Below, piece by piece: positions 12,152-23,800 of a DNA stretch of 64,000 bases. The stretch lies in assembly GCA_000091205.1 (NCBI GenBank), contig AP006500.2; one strand, 5' to 3'. How positions within the stretch are numbered: the stretch's first letter is position 1; each line of letters opens with the position of its first letter. Both the position numbers and the translations under genes were made by a program. Source of the stretch: Cyanidioschyzon merolae (Eukaryota). The notes under the pieces are model-generated. The model ran no database searches and was not told the origin of the DNA. It saw only the letters and a list, made by a program, of their open reading frames with translations.

Positions 12152-12183
12152 TCGCGTCGCTGCCAGGTAACGCAACTGCTAAC

Positions 12184-13212
12184 ATGTTCGCTTTTCTACC
12201 GAGTATCACTTCTCATCGTCTGTACGTTTCTGGAAAAGATGGGCTTCGTACGAGTACGCTCAAGACTGAGTCGGCTCGGTTGCAGACTCGGGTTGGGTGC
12301 CGCTCGCGCCCGGCGACGTTGCGCATGGTCGCTGCCGAGAAGAAGGTACCGGTGAATCTCTATAAACCGAACGATCCTCTTATCGGGACCTGCATTTATA
12401 ACAAGAAGATTGTTGGGGACGACGCACCGGGCGATACATGTCACGTCATCATTCACCACGACGGCAAGCTGCCGTACCTCGAGGGGCAGTCTGTGGGCAT
12501 CATCCCCGAGGGCACCGACGAGAAGGGTCGCCCGCATAAACTTCGTCTCTATTCGATAGCCTCCACTGCCGCTGGTGACTTTGGAGACTACAAGACGCTG
12601 TCACTCGTGGTGAAGCGCTTAGTCTATACGAATGAGAAAGGAGAGGAGGTTCGTGGCGTTTGCAGCAACTACCTGAACGATATCAAGCCGGGCACTCCAG
12701 TGAAGATGACCGGCCCCGTGGGTAAGGAGATGCTTATGCCGGACGACCCGAATGCGACGATCATTATGCTGGCCACGGGAACGGGCATTGCGCCTTTCCG
12801 TGCCTTTATGCGAAAGGCCTTCGTCGAGAAACACGCAGACTATCAGTTCAAGGGGAAAATGATCCTTTACCTGGGTGTGCCAACGTCGTCATCGCTGCTC
12901 TACCGAGATGAGCTCGAAGAGATGAAAGCGAATGCGCCGGACCAGGTCGAACTCCACTACGCCATCAGCAGGGAAATGAAAAACAAACAAGGCGGAAAGT
13001 ATTACCTGCAAGACGCAATGGCCGAGCGTGGTGAGGAAATCTGGCAACTGCTGCAGAAGGATAACACCTACGTCTACATGTGTGGCTTGAAAGGAATGGA
13101 CTCGGGCATCGATGCTTTCATGAAAGATCTCGCGGCAAAGGATGGCGTAGACTGGGCGACTTTTAAGAAGCAGCTGAAGCAACAGCATCGCTACAATGTG
13201 GAGGTATACTGA
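12184..13212 (+). CDS. FNR: ferredoxin-NADP+ reductase, plant/plastid type, with S/T/R-rich transit-peptide-like leader (ORF opens at 12031)
   Basis: Very high similarity to plant leaf FNR across the FAD and NADP domains: [65 protein letters not shown], and a C-terminal NVEVY. Start is placed at MFAFLPS (12184). The upstream in-frame part 12031..12183 includes a (GCTT)n microsatellite and is more likely 5' UTR. Confidence 0.9.
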   Translation: MFAFLPSITSHRLYVSGKDGLRTSTLKTESARLQTRVGCRSRPATLRMVAAEKKVPVNLYKPNDPLIGTCIYNKKIVGDDAPGDTCHVIIHHDGKLPYLEGQSVGIIPEGTDEKGRPHKLRLYSIASTAAGDFGDYKTLSLVVKRLVYTNEKGEEVRGVCSNYLNDIKPGTPVKMTGPVGKEMLMPDDPNATIIMLATGTGIAPFRAFMRKAFVEKHADYQFKGKMILYLGVPTSSSLLYRDELEEMKANAPDQVELHYAISREMKNKQGGKYYLQDAMAERGEEIWQLLQKDNTYVYMCGLKGMDSGIDAFMKDLAAKDGVDWATFKKQLKQQHRYNVEVY

Positions 13213-14849
13213 AAGGACGCACTGGTGATGCTCTCTGCCGAGGCAGCGAGCGCCTCGAGCAACCATCGCCCCGGTACGATTGTCGTAGACGGGATACTGG
13301 AGACGAATTCGAGTCGTTGCGGTGTCGTGCTGGGCGAAACGCTCCGCGTTGTGACCGTTTGCGACACTCAAGAGCGCTTCCACAGCTTTTGAGAGCGTGC
13401 GAAGCGATTCACCGTAAAGCGAGGTTTATCGGATACTTGCAAGCGTCTTCCAGGCAGCTGGGTGCAGTGATTTGAGCTCGCACGTAACTCGGCGACTCGA
13501 TCACGGTACCTGGTCGGTGTACGGCTCGCGAATGATGTCGCTGACAGAAATGACACCTCTGCGGTTCCGAGGAAGGATACGTGAACGGCGATATGCGTGC
13601 CGCATCGTGCACGGGCGACCGACTGCAGCACTGGAGAAGCGCTTCGAGGCGCTGCAACCGTCACGTGCTTCCATTCGCTTGACGGGCAAGAGGGTGCAGC
13701 ATGCAAGTCGCCAGCGCGGAGAGGCATCGCTCGTGGACGTGGAATGCAGCGCACCAGTTGCCGTGATGTCTTGGTAGCACCGGGATTCAAGCGTATCTGC
13801 ACCGGAGACGAGCTGATGAAGCGCAACGCACCATTCGTTTGTTTCGTTGTTTTCCATTGGAAACACTGCAGAGTTACAGGGGCCACTACTCGATGTATTT
13901 TTCGATGAAGCGATGACACCGTTTCTCGGTCTGAATCATATCCCAGGCCGAGTCCCGTCGAGAAAGTACGTTTTGGGTGGTTTCGCTCTGGCGCCAGCAG
14001 GAGCTAAACTACCGCCAAAAACGCGCAGGCACAAGAGCCCAGTGGTAGCATGTTTCCCCGTACAAACGGATACTGAGGAAAACTCGATAGAACGCTGGAT
14101 GTATACCAAAGAGCTGGCACCCGAGAAGCCGCCTCCACGCACGACCAACTGCAAACGTCCGCAATCGACAGCGTAGACTGCTAGGCTTTCAGCATGCTCG
14201 CCATGACATCCATGTCAGAGTGAAATGGCACGGGTCACCTACGTTGGCCATACAATCTGGAATTCAGGTCTCTGGGGTACATCATCAGCTTCAGCCTTTT
14301 GCAATCTGTTTTTCTACCAGCGTCCTTTTTTCTATCTTATCTCCGACAAGAAATACTCACAACTCTCGTTTCTCTTTAGCTTCGTTACAGCAGTCGGAAC
14401 ATGGATATTGCAGTACCAGAGTCCTAATTTCACTGCACTCGGCTACCGTTCACGCATGCCGTGCAAAGACGGCAGTTGCGATGTACGCTTCGCTTGTCAC
14501 TTTCATCTCCTCCGTCCAAAATTTCGTCGAGATTTGGCAGCGGTAGCGGTTGGCTAGGATCAGGTCGCCCCATTCGTCCGCTAGAGCTCCTCCGCCAAAC
14601 GCCGACCTGTGGCGCTTGACTGCTTGCCTCATCACTCGATACGTGAACGTGACGAATGCTGAACCCTCAACTCGATGCTTTGCTCCGTTTCCTCCACCGA
14701 TGCTGTACGCTACGACCGCGGGTCTCTTCTGGGCGATTCCACAGACATGTCTGCTGTTCACTGTCCAGGCAAACACATGACGCTCCATTCGAGAAAGTAT
14801 GTATGGAACGCACAGGGTATCCATGATGAACCAAATCCCCGAAGAAGAC

Positions 14850-15165
14850 TCTAAGTTAGAGACCAAGTCGAGAGATTTCGATCCGTCTACGCTCCGTTCA
14901 TGGGAAACAGGGACGCACTCTTCACCGCAAGCGATCGCCGCGGTGACTCAAGTCCGAGTCCAAGACCCGTTTCCATGCAAGCGCACAAAACAGGAGCCTC
15001 GGGGGCCATATCCCTGGAGAGGTATCATGCAGCTGCTGCCGGTGCTGGTGCTGGTGCAGAGTACCGTTTCACATGTGGCCACATAGAGAGGAGGACATTT
15101 CCTTCGATCAGAATCTACGCTCTGACCGGACAAATTCAGTGACCTTTTCACATGAGATTGTCAGC
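14850..15165 (+). repeat. dispersed intergenic repeat family, copy A (~320 bp)
   Basis: Hand alignment with 23500..23800 and 35347..35690 shows shared blocks: gatccgtctacgctcc, gtgactcaagtccgagtccaag, ggggccatatccctggagaggtatca, agagaggaggacatttccttcga, catgagattgtcagcgagtcg. All three copies are in the same orientation. Confidence 0.6.
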
Positions 15166-15791
15166 GAGTCGTCCGAAAACGAGGTCGAGTTTCTGTCCGC
15201 GTTATGCCAGCAGCGCGAACGACAGCACCCACGAGATGCCTTGAAAAAGCAGAATCGAATACTTGTAGACTGCTTGATTTGGGCATGCTACACGTAAGCA
15301 AAGGTAAAACGCGGTGCATTGTATATCGGAGCTGGATAATGAAATCGGCTATTTTATGAACCCTACTTCGAGGGCGTCGTATACCGTCCTGATTCCCGCG
15401 ATGCAACGATTTTCAGTGGCCAGGCGTCGAAGGAACTACACAGAAAACGCGACCGAGAATCTTAAACATACGAACGCATCGGCAAGCCCTAATGACTGCA
15501 CTTGACATAGCAAGCCTGTACATGTAAAATATTCGGAAAAAAACATTACACAGGAACAGGGCACTGTGATCAGTGCTTCGTTTTAATCTGAAACTGATGT
15601 AGGGCACAAATCATGCACTTCGTCATGCCGCTGCCGACCAGCACGCTGGCCCAAGGGCGTCATCGATCCAATCGTCGTCGTTTGATATATGCATGGACAT
15701 TCTAGGTTGGCGTTCCGGCAACAAAGTGTGTTATGAATGGCGCAAGTGGCCCTTCATTTCGCGCGCTACGCCTGCATCCTAGTCAGAGAAA

Positions 15792-16834
15792 CTAGTCCAC
15801 TGGATCGGCAACACCTCCCTCGGTGATAGCAAAGCTCGCTTCGGCCTCAGGGAGCGATGGAGAATCGTAGATCTTGCAGATACGGTTCTCACCGCGACCC
15901 TTGCGAAAATACAGACGAGTTTGGCACGCATGAGCAATGATATTGCCACCAATCGGAACGCGCGGATCAGCAAACATCATGGCGTCGGGTTTCGCGACCA
16001 CCTGGTTTGTTATGACGACCGCTACGCCGAATTCATCAGCGAGGCGCTGGAGGGCGCGCAGGAATCGAGCCATGTGTTGCTGACGGGCGGCAAGCTCGCC
16101 ACGCCCAGAGTAGTCCGTGCGGTAGAGCGCAGTGGCCGAGTCAACAACGACGAGGGCGTAACGGCTTTCGCTCATCAGGCCCGCTGCCTGCATGAGTAAT
16201 TCCATCTGGTGGTCGGTATTATACGCTCTGGCAAATGCAACGTTATCCAGAACATCTTGCGGATCCAGCTGGAAACGCTCCGCAATCTGTACGATGCGCT
16301 CGGGGCGGAAGGTGCCCTCGGTATCGATGTAGAGGGCCTTGCCTTCGGCGCCACCCTCGGCGACAGGCATCTGGCAGGTGACGCACAAGGTGTGACACAG
16401 CTGTGACTTGCCGGTGCGAAACTCCCCGAACAGCTCCGTAATACTCCCTGTTTCAATACCGCCTTGGAGCAACGCGTCGAGCTCCTTACTGCCGGTCGTC
16501 AGAAAAACCAGATCTTTTCGTATTCGATGCACTTCCGTGGCGGTGGTGAAACCAGCCATCACCAACTGGGCTGCGGCAGATTTCAGCTTCTCCGCTTTCG
16601 CTTCGCTAACGCCTTTGATAGAGGTGAGTTGCTTCATGGTCAGGTAGACGACAGCCTCGACACTGTGCACACCGCCCTCCTCTCGTAGCTTTTTCAAGTC
16701 AGAGGCGGTGATACCCTGCACGCCTTCCAGCGCCGCGAGGGGTGTCGGACCCGCAGCAACCGTTTGTTCATTCTTCTCCACTAGATCTTCCTCCAAGGCC
16801 TCAACTGTTGCAGTAGCTTCCACACGACGAGGCA
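15792..16834 (-). CDS. RAD51: DNA repair and recombination protein RAD51
   Basis: About 70% identical to human RAD51 by eye, including [48 protein letters not shown] (Walker A), [26 protein letters not shown] and [19 protein letters not shown]. The start is placed at MPRRVEA (complement ATG at 16832..16834). The ORF-track extension to 17309 translates a (CA)n repeat and is 5' UTR. Confidence 0.9.
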
Positions 16835-16861
16835 TGGGTTCTCCGAGTAACGTTCCCGCTG

Positions 16862-16900
16862 ACACGCACACGCAGACGCACACGCACACGCACACGCGCG
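16862..16900. repeat. imperfect (CA/CG)n microsatellite in the RAD51 5' region
   Basis: cacgcacacgcagacgcacacgcacacgcacacgcgcg. It is translated as (CV)n in the extended ORF. Confidence 0.8.
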
Positions 16901-19110
16901 GTAGACGCTCCAGTGCCGCGAGGTCGTACGGCGCGTGCGCGCGCTGCTTCCCAGCCCGATGCCAGTTCGAATTCCCGCGGCACCGCGCGATCTCTGACGC
17001 TGCGACGGCGCCTGTGGCGGCGGCGCTCGTACGTACACGAGCGGAATCCGAGGATCGCACGCGATCCATAGGGTGCCATCGCTCGTGGAGCGCCCCCGGA
17101 ATGATGCGGGATGACGCGTTCGCTCCTAGATCATGATAGCTGGCGTGTGATCCGGTATCTCCAGGTCGTCCAGATGATCTGCGGGTAAAAACCCGTCCCT
17201 GCGGCACGTTACCTGCAGCTGCGCGTCGACGACGCCAGCACCTCAACGCGAAACACAGACGCGCACGGGCACGCTGCGCCCTGCGGTGCCGTGCCCCCCA
17301 ACATTCCATCTGCGAGTTTCGGAGGATGCGCAGCGAATACGGATGGTATTCATGTTCAGGTTGGGTCTGTGCGGTCCCGGATATTATTTCGACACTTCCC
17401 TATCAACGGTATGGATACAGAAGCGGCATTCGGGTGCGTTTTGACGGACTCATCGAGGTCATGAAAGCGCCGCTGTCTTCAGCCTGGTTCCAAAGATTCC
17501 GAGTCGCGATCCATGGCGCGTCGAAACGACACGTGATCTCGATGCCTAGGCGAGCCGCATAGGTGGTGTCGTAATCGAGACCCGCCGTGTGTATCAAGCT
17601 TGGTTTCGGTTCAGGACGCCCTCAAGCGGAGGTCGCAAAACGCAACGTGCGTGTTGCAGATGGAAACCCGACTCGAGAAGCACTCGCGGCACTTGCGCTG
17701 CCAAACTCGGAGTCGCCGGCCGAATCGCGTCATCGGACAGGAACCGTTGACTTGATTCTTGCGAAACATATCGTGGCAAAGGCCGACGTTCAGTTTTCAG
17801 ATTCCAGAAGCACAGTTCGATGCGGCTGCTTTTGTGCCACCGCGTCTTGAAGGTAATCTCTAGCACGGCCCCAGGTGGTGGTGTCGGCGGCCGAAGGCGT
17901 ACGCGTCGCTACGTGATGCTGCCCTCGTTGCAGTTGATGACGTTACATCGTGTCGCACTCATATAACAAAGTCCCCGACAAGTGTGACAGGCGTTTACGT
18001 ACACAAACAATAACCGGCGCGATCCTACCATGAGCCTAGTCACATCTGGAAGTATCGGGACGGCAGAACGTGCGTGGCGCTTCAGCGGTGCACTCGCAGT
18101 CGCTGATGCGATGATGGATCGCAGGTAGCACGGATCGTGTGCTGAACCGAAACAGATGCAGCGCTGTTGGAGATGTGTCAAGTGCCGGGTACACTGCACG
18201 AAGCGAACGCTGTGCAATCCTAATCGGCCTGCTCCGTTCCAAGATAGGAAATGCCGCGAAAAGATCAGCCAAAGCAGGTTGCTCCTGTTTCAGTCAGCGC
18301 GGAGCCGAATGGTGCAATGACTGCTGGATCTTGACTGGCATGCGAAATGCATCAGCCGCAGCGGTAGACACAGAAGCGAAAGTTGAGTAAGTCAGGCCAG
18401 GTCGCCTACGGTAGTCCGCCTTCCCAGATGCCCTTGTTCCGGGGACAGATTTGTTTCGTCGCTGCGTATCGCATCATGAACCCGAACGCGTCTACCTGAG
18501 CGAGCGTAGGTTACGTGCAAGCGTTGCGCCATAACCGAGCGTCAATGATCCAGTTTCGTACGACGAACCCGCGGTATTCACGTATCCAACAAGGATCGCA
18601 GCAGCTTGATCGAGCTCCCGAAATAGCGTCATGCGGTGGTGCCTGCGTGACAGGATAACCTGCACGAAGGTCAAGAGAGGCAGCGTCCAAAACATGAACA
18701 GCGAAAGCGGGAACCACCGCGCTCATAAACGATGCTTCGCAAAAATAATTCTTGGTCGCTGGACGCTTTTTTGCATCCTGGAAAACATCGTTTGCTTCAT
18801 CGATGGTACACCATGAGTGAACACCGGTGCGAGCATGCTCGAACAGCGATGCGCAGTGCGTGCCTACGTGTCCGCAGAGCGGAACTGTTTGCAGTTTACA
18901 GACTTCACTGGAGCGCACTGCACAAGTTATCCGCTCAGCGCTGGCACAAACTGAACTTGGTATAAACGGACGGGAGTCTGACTGGCTCGGGGGCTCCTCA
19001 GTGACCGCCAGCGTGCAGGTTGTCTCTGTGAAGCTCACCAGCACTGGTGCAATCGAGTTTGACGAACGAGCACTCGCCTGCCGTGAACGCTCTGCGCACC
19101 TAGCACCAAT

Positions 19111-19995
19111 ATGGAACGGGAACCAGGTGCACCTTATGCTGTCGGCAGTGAACCTGTAGGCAGTTTTCCGCGGCGGCAAGTGCTCTTCCAGGACCTGACC
19201 TCAACTCTCTGCACTTTTGCGTTGTCGTTGGCAGCACTGGCTGTCAGTATAGGCCTCGGGTTCGCGCGACCAACTGTGAGGCCTTTTTTCGTCAACGACG
19301 CGAATCATTGGTACCCGTTCAGAAACGAGACGCTGCCATACTTTGTACTGCTTTTGGTTGGACTCGTTGTCCTGACGCCCGTCATCGCACTGTACGAGTT
19401 TTTTGTGTACCTGGAGCGAGAGTCGTTCTTCGCGGCTCTGAATCACGTGCTTGGTTTCATCTCTGCGTTCGCATGGAGCTCCATGACGACTCAGTGCATC
19501 AAACTGTACGCGGGGAGCTTGCGGCCGGACTTTGGCTCCCGATGTTTCGGTAACGGCAAGTTCCCGCCGGCTGCCTACAGCCCCGGCGTCGTGCTCAGTA
19601 ACATGGAGTGCACTGTCGCCGATGCGCGCTTCTTGAACAGCGGTCGCATGTCGTTTGTCAGTGGTCATACGTCCACCGCGATGGTATTCGCGACCTACTT
19701 TGCCCTCTTCCTCAGTCGTCGTGCCCGAATGCTTCCAGAGACGCGCTTCAGGTGGCTGAAGACCAACCTCATGTATCTGGGTGCACTCATCACGCTGCTC
19801 ATGGCGATATTCGTCGGGGTTTCGCGCATTGTGGATAATCGGCACTTTCCGGCTGACGTGGTTGGCGGTGCCTTGGTCGGCATAGGCTTTGCTTTGGGCA
19901 TTTTCATGCTCATTGAAAGCAATGTGCGCATTTTACATGATAAGAAGTATCATCCGTTATCGTTTAATGGATTTGAGCGTCCGCCAGTTGTCTAA
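19111..19995 (+). CDS. PAP2-family lipid phosphate phosphatase
   Basis: Three PAP2 signature motifs: KLYAGSLRPDF (KxxxxxxRP), SFVSGHTSTA (PSGH) and SRIVDNRHFPADVVGGALVG (SRxxxxxHxxxD). Several predicted TM helices. Confidence 0.8.
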   Translation: MEREPGAPYAVGSEPVGSFPRRQVLFQDLTSTLCTFALSLAALAVSIGLGFARPTVRPFFVNDANHWYPFRNETLPYFVLLLVGLVVLTPVIALYEFFVYLERESFFAALNHVLGFISAFAWSSMTTQCIKLYAGSLRPDFGSRCFGNGKFPPAAYSPGVVLSNMECTVADARFLNSGRMSFVSGHTSTAMVFATYFALFLSRRARMLPETRFRWLKTNLMYLGALITLLMAIFVGVSRIVDNRHFPADVVGGALVGIGFALGIFMLIESNVRILHDKKYHPLSFNGFERPPVV

Positions 19996-20087
19996 ACGAC
20001 GAGCAGTGCTTGCGTTGACGGATGTCGTTGAGCCGGACATGCGTTTGTGCGGCTTTCGATCATAGCGGCGGCCGCCCGTCGTTGTCA

Positions 20088-20103
20088 TCGTCGTCGTCGT
20101 CGT
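20088..20103. repeat. (GTC)n trinucleotide repeat
   Basis: tcgtcgtcgtcgtcgt read directly, between the PAP2 and transporter genes. Confidence 0.7.
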
Positions 20104-20472
20104 TGCTGCTGGGAGAAATTCCTTGCGGAGAAGCAGCAGCTTCTCAGTTGTCTTGCGACGGGGTGCTTAACGCTCGCTCTCGAGGTCCGGCGAGAATCTG
20201 GTTATTCTGGTTCCGTCGAGAGGAGCATGTTTGGGTGGTAGTCGGTTCCAGTCGCTGCCTCCAAACAGCTTCCCCACTGTTTCATATGGATTCTTAGGGA
20301 TCAACAACTGCTGGATCCATCGCTTTCTGGATAGCATAGACGCATTCACAAAACATTCATGGATGGCGCTGTTCGAGAAACTCTGGCTAATGGTTGACCC
20401 GTACAGCACTTGACAGGCACCGGCAGCAACCTACACGTGCAGCAGCTGCACCCGAAACTTCCGTTCTATGCG

Positions 20473-22095
20473 TCATGCAGGTGCCTCTTCGATTGTCCAA
20501 GGCGATGCTGAGTTCCTCGTCGCAGGCGCCCGCTGAAAGCGACGGCTGAACCGAAGCATGCCGTACAGAATGAGTCCAGTCGCCACCGTTATCGCTGCAG
20601 AGATCGCCGACCAGAGCCCACTGAGCACCGCCATCGCCATACAGCAGAAGAGGCCGCAACCAGTGACATAGAAGAGACCCCAGAAGCCGCCTCCTATCCG
20701 AAAGGGCCGGTCTCGGTCGGGCCACTTTCTTCGCAGCACCGCCAGCGCAATGAATTCCAAAGCAACCTTAAGGCAGTACAGGGTAGAGTCGATTTGGATG
20801 AGCACATTGAACGGTAGTGCGGTGAAACAGCCCGTTCCGAGTCCAATGATGAGCACACAGACCCATGGTGTGCGAAAGCGTGGATGCAGCACACCAAGCC
20901 CCCCCGGCAGCATCTCCATGCGCGTCATTCCATATAGCGCCCTCGAGGATGTCGCTACGAGGCTGCTGAGCATGCCTGCCGCGCTGCACATGCCACCGAT
21001 ACTCACGAGGATGCCAAGCCAGTGACCACCAGCGAGACGGTTCGCTGCAGTCGGCCAGAAAGCGTCCCGCCACTCACTCCACACGTGATTCGTGGATACC
21101 GCTGCAGCGATCGGCAGCGTGAAGATCATCATGGTCAGCAACAGCACAATGACCATCGCTCGCGGAAAGGTTCGGTGGACGTCAACGATCTCACCAGCAA
21201 TGGTGGAACAAGAATCAAAGCCACACCAGTTCCACAAGAGCGCTGCGAGGAAGAGTCGCCAGTTGACCTCCGTTAGCGGTCGTGTGCTCAACCATGCCTC
21301 CGGACGGGTTTGACGGAAACCAAAGACGCAGATCAGGAGAAAGGGAGAGATGACCACCACGGTAAAGAGCACTGCGACCCAGCCGACGATGCTCACTCCG
21401 AGAATATTGACTATTGTACACAGTGCTAAAACGAGTAAACCGCAAAACCAACTACCATAGACGCCGAGCACGGGTGCTACGCGCACGATGTAATCGCTGA
21501 AAAGTCGCGGGAAGAGGGCGTTATCCACCAAGGAGTCGACGAAACTCCACCATCCTTGCTGGAAGCCTGTGAACGGGCCCATTGCGGCCTCGACCCAGAG
21601 CACGTAGCCACCGTCTTCGGGAATCAGTGTAGCTAGCTCGGACGCCATCAGGGCCTGGGGTAAAGCCCAGAGCCAGGGCACCACGAGCATTGCAAGCAGT
21701 GCCCATCGGGGACCGGCGGCACCTACGATAGGCTCCAGGCCGTAACCGCCACCCGAGGTCAGTAGGAAGAGCATTCCAACCACCTGGAGGAGACTCAGCG
21801 CGCGGGGCGGATTCGTTTTCGCTGCGGACATACTGGACGCTACTCGGGCGTCGAGTTGGTCGACGGGTTCCAGGTGAACATTGCCCGGTGACTTGCCCTC
21901 GCCAACAGCGTCGTCAGCTGAGGGCGTGCGACCCATCGTCGCCAGTACGGTGACAAGGTCCTTGTTCTGTACGACTCGAGACTCTATCCGCGTGGTGGTA
22001 GCGGGCACCTCGGTCGTCCAGCGAACGAACGACGCATACACGGAGCAGCGACGGGCTCGCGGGTGCTCGCACGAGCCAGACGACGCGACGTTCAC
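20473..22095 (-). CDS. APC-superfamily amino acid/polyamine transporter (LAT/PUT-like)
   Basis: 540-aa ORF with about 12 predicted TM segments and APC-type motifs (GGGYGLEPIVGAAGP, ELATLIPEDGGYVLWVEAAMGPF, FPRAM). The true start may be the internal Met at about 21936 (MGRTPSAD). Confidence 0.75.
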   Translation of the reverse strand: MNVASSGSCEHPRARRCSVYASFVRWTTEVPATTTRIESRVVQNKDLVTVLATMGRTPSADDAVGEGKSPGNVHLEPVDQLDARVASSMSAAKTNPPRALSLLQVVGMLFLLTSGGGYGLEPIVGAAGPRWALLAMLVVPWLWALPQALMASELATLIPEDGGYVLWVEAAMGPFTGFQQGWWSFVDSLVDNALFPRLFSDYIVRVAPVLGVYGSWFCGLLVLALCTIVNILGVSIVGWVAVLFTVVVISPFLLICVFGFRQTRPEAWLSTRPLTEVNWRLFLAALLWNWCGFDSCSTIAGEIVDVHRTFPRAMVIVLLLTMMIFTLPIAAAVSTNHVWSEWRDAFWPTAANRLAGGHWLGILVSIGGMCSAAGMLSSLVATSSRALYGMTRMEMLPGGLGVLHPRFRTPWVCVLIIGLGTGCFTALPFNVLIQIDSTLYCLKVALEFIALAVLRRKWPDRDRPFRIGGGFWGLFYVTGCGLFCCMAMAVLSGLWSAISAAITVATGLILYGMLRFSRRFQRAPATRNSASPWTIEEAPA

Positions 22096-23499
22096 CAGAA
22101 GCTAGCTTTCAAGACCAGCGTCGGTGCCCGGAGCGACTTGCTTCAGCCTACGTTCGTCGCTGGAGTCGCAATGAGTTCGTGGTGGCGGGCTAGCAGGTGC
22201 GTACTGAACGCCCTGGCACACACCAGGACAGCGGCTCAGCTACTACGTGGTTACGTTGCAGCGCAGCGGCCGCAACGGAAACCCGGATGTGCCTGAATGC
22301 CTGCGGCATTGCAAAACATTCGTTTTCGATACGAACTCGAGTAAGGAGTGTTTCGAAGACGTTACTTTTTTCGTCTGCAAGTTTTCAGAAGACGTTCAAG
22401 CTTGTCGAAAGCGGTCAATCATTGATTCATGCATTCGAGTCTCCGAGCGCATTCGCTTCGTTCGGTACAGCGTTGCTGGACCTTGGCATAGCAACGCGCT
22501 ACTCAGCACGATCGAGGAACGTCGCTTAGCGAGTTCGAGCCTCGTCGATGTGTTTGTGTGCGTATATGTATATTCAGAGAGAGGCTGGACGAAGAAGAAC
22601 TCGAGTACCGTAGCGTTCTTCAACTTTGAGCGAGCACTGCCGCCATTCGCCTGGCCATATCCCTAAACTGGACAGTAGACGAGGTACCGTCTCAAACAAT
22701 GCATACCACAGGCATCTATGCTTTTGCTAAGAATCAAGTTTTTCCAGGCATGACGCTGGAGATCGCCGTTGGACCAGAGCTGGTGCTGGTGAGTGTTTAC
22801 CTCGCTGTCCGCAGCAAGCTCGGAAACTGCCTCGAGTCTGGCTCCGCACCGATATGTTCTCAGAGATTTTAGGCAAGAATGGAAGGGGTCCTCTTGCCTA
22901 ACTCGGGCGTAGACACGAAATCTTGGGTTAAGTACCAGTGTCTTTAACACTGGCTCTTTGCAAGCGTTCTCTGCAGCCGCCTACTTTTCCACCCGGCTGT
23001 ATCCGGCTTTAGATACGCCGGTCTCTGTTTTCCCTCCAGTTTCGTTGTCCGTAGTCGAAGGATGTTGGTGGTAGTGTTCAAGTTCCGACTGTGCTGTTTG
23101 TAGCTCCTGTCGACGACTTTCATCAATAGGTGGTCGTCGTAGTACCGCTCAGCGCATCGCTTGCCATTTGCACCTTCGCTGTATACGGCCTCGGTGTACC
23201 ATCCGCAGCGATGACACTAGCCTGGCGTCAGACGTTCGTCAAGGTGTGTCCACGAAGCAGCCTCGAAAAGCTGCCCGGTCACGTCTGAAGGCGTGCTGCA
23301 TCGCTCGATACATGTGTTTGACGGGTCCAGAGGGCTCGCGTTGATACCCATGTTCGTTATGGCGCCCGGTGACGTACGCGATGACCAGAGACCTCCTCTG
23401 GGTGTTCCTCTCTCGACGAGTACGCTGCCTGATGCACGCGCTAGCGCACGCTGCCCCATTCAAAAGACGATTGGGGGAACGCGCTCATGTACATGACGG

Positions 23500-23800
23500 A
23501 CAAAGTACGGAAGTGCTGTCTGAAGCGGGCGAGAATGCTCGATTCTTTACGCTCCCTCTATACACAACAGTGGCGTACGCTTCACCGGAGGCGATCGTCG
23601 AGGTGACTCGAATCCGAGTCCAAGCTCCCTTGTCATGCAAACAGAACAGACTGGATCCTCTGGGAGCGTTTCCCACGTGAGGTATCGAGCATCGTTGGAA
23701 TCCCGGTTCGTCGATGACCATACAGGTAGACGTATTTGTCTTTCGAAAGGAATCGATTACGATTTAATGTGAGGATTCCAGTAACTTTTCGTCATGAGCT
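23500..23800 (+). repeat. dispersed intergenic repeat family, copy B
   Basis: Aligns with copies A and C: ttacgctccc, ttcaccggaggcgatcgtcgaggtgactcgaatccgagtccaag, ctgggagcgtttcccacgtgaggtatcgagc, cttttcgtcatgagcttctgaaacagtcgacc. Confidence 0.55.

Noticed and set aside
12031-12183. Hydrophobic [14 protein letters not shown] stretch as a signal peptide of a bipartite plastid leader
   Set aside because: It is preceded by a 30-aa basic region, which is too long for a signal-peptide n-region. It is encoded by a (GCTT)n microsatellite. It is more likely 5' UTR, and the FNR start was placed at 12184.
12196-13383. Minus-strand ORFs 12196..12537 and 12889..13383
   Set aside because: Antisense to the well-supported FNR CDS.
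16835-17309. N-terminal 158 codons of the RAD51 ORF
   Set aside because: They translate a CA microsatellite and Arg-rich GC-rich sequence. RAD51 homology starts at the Met at 16834.
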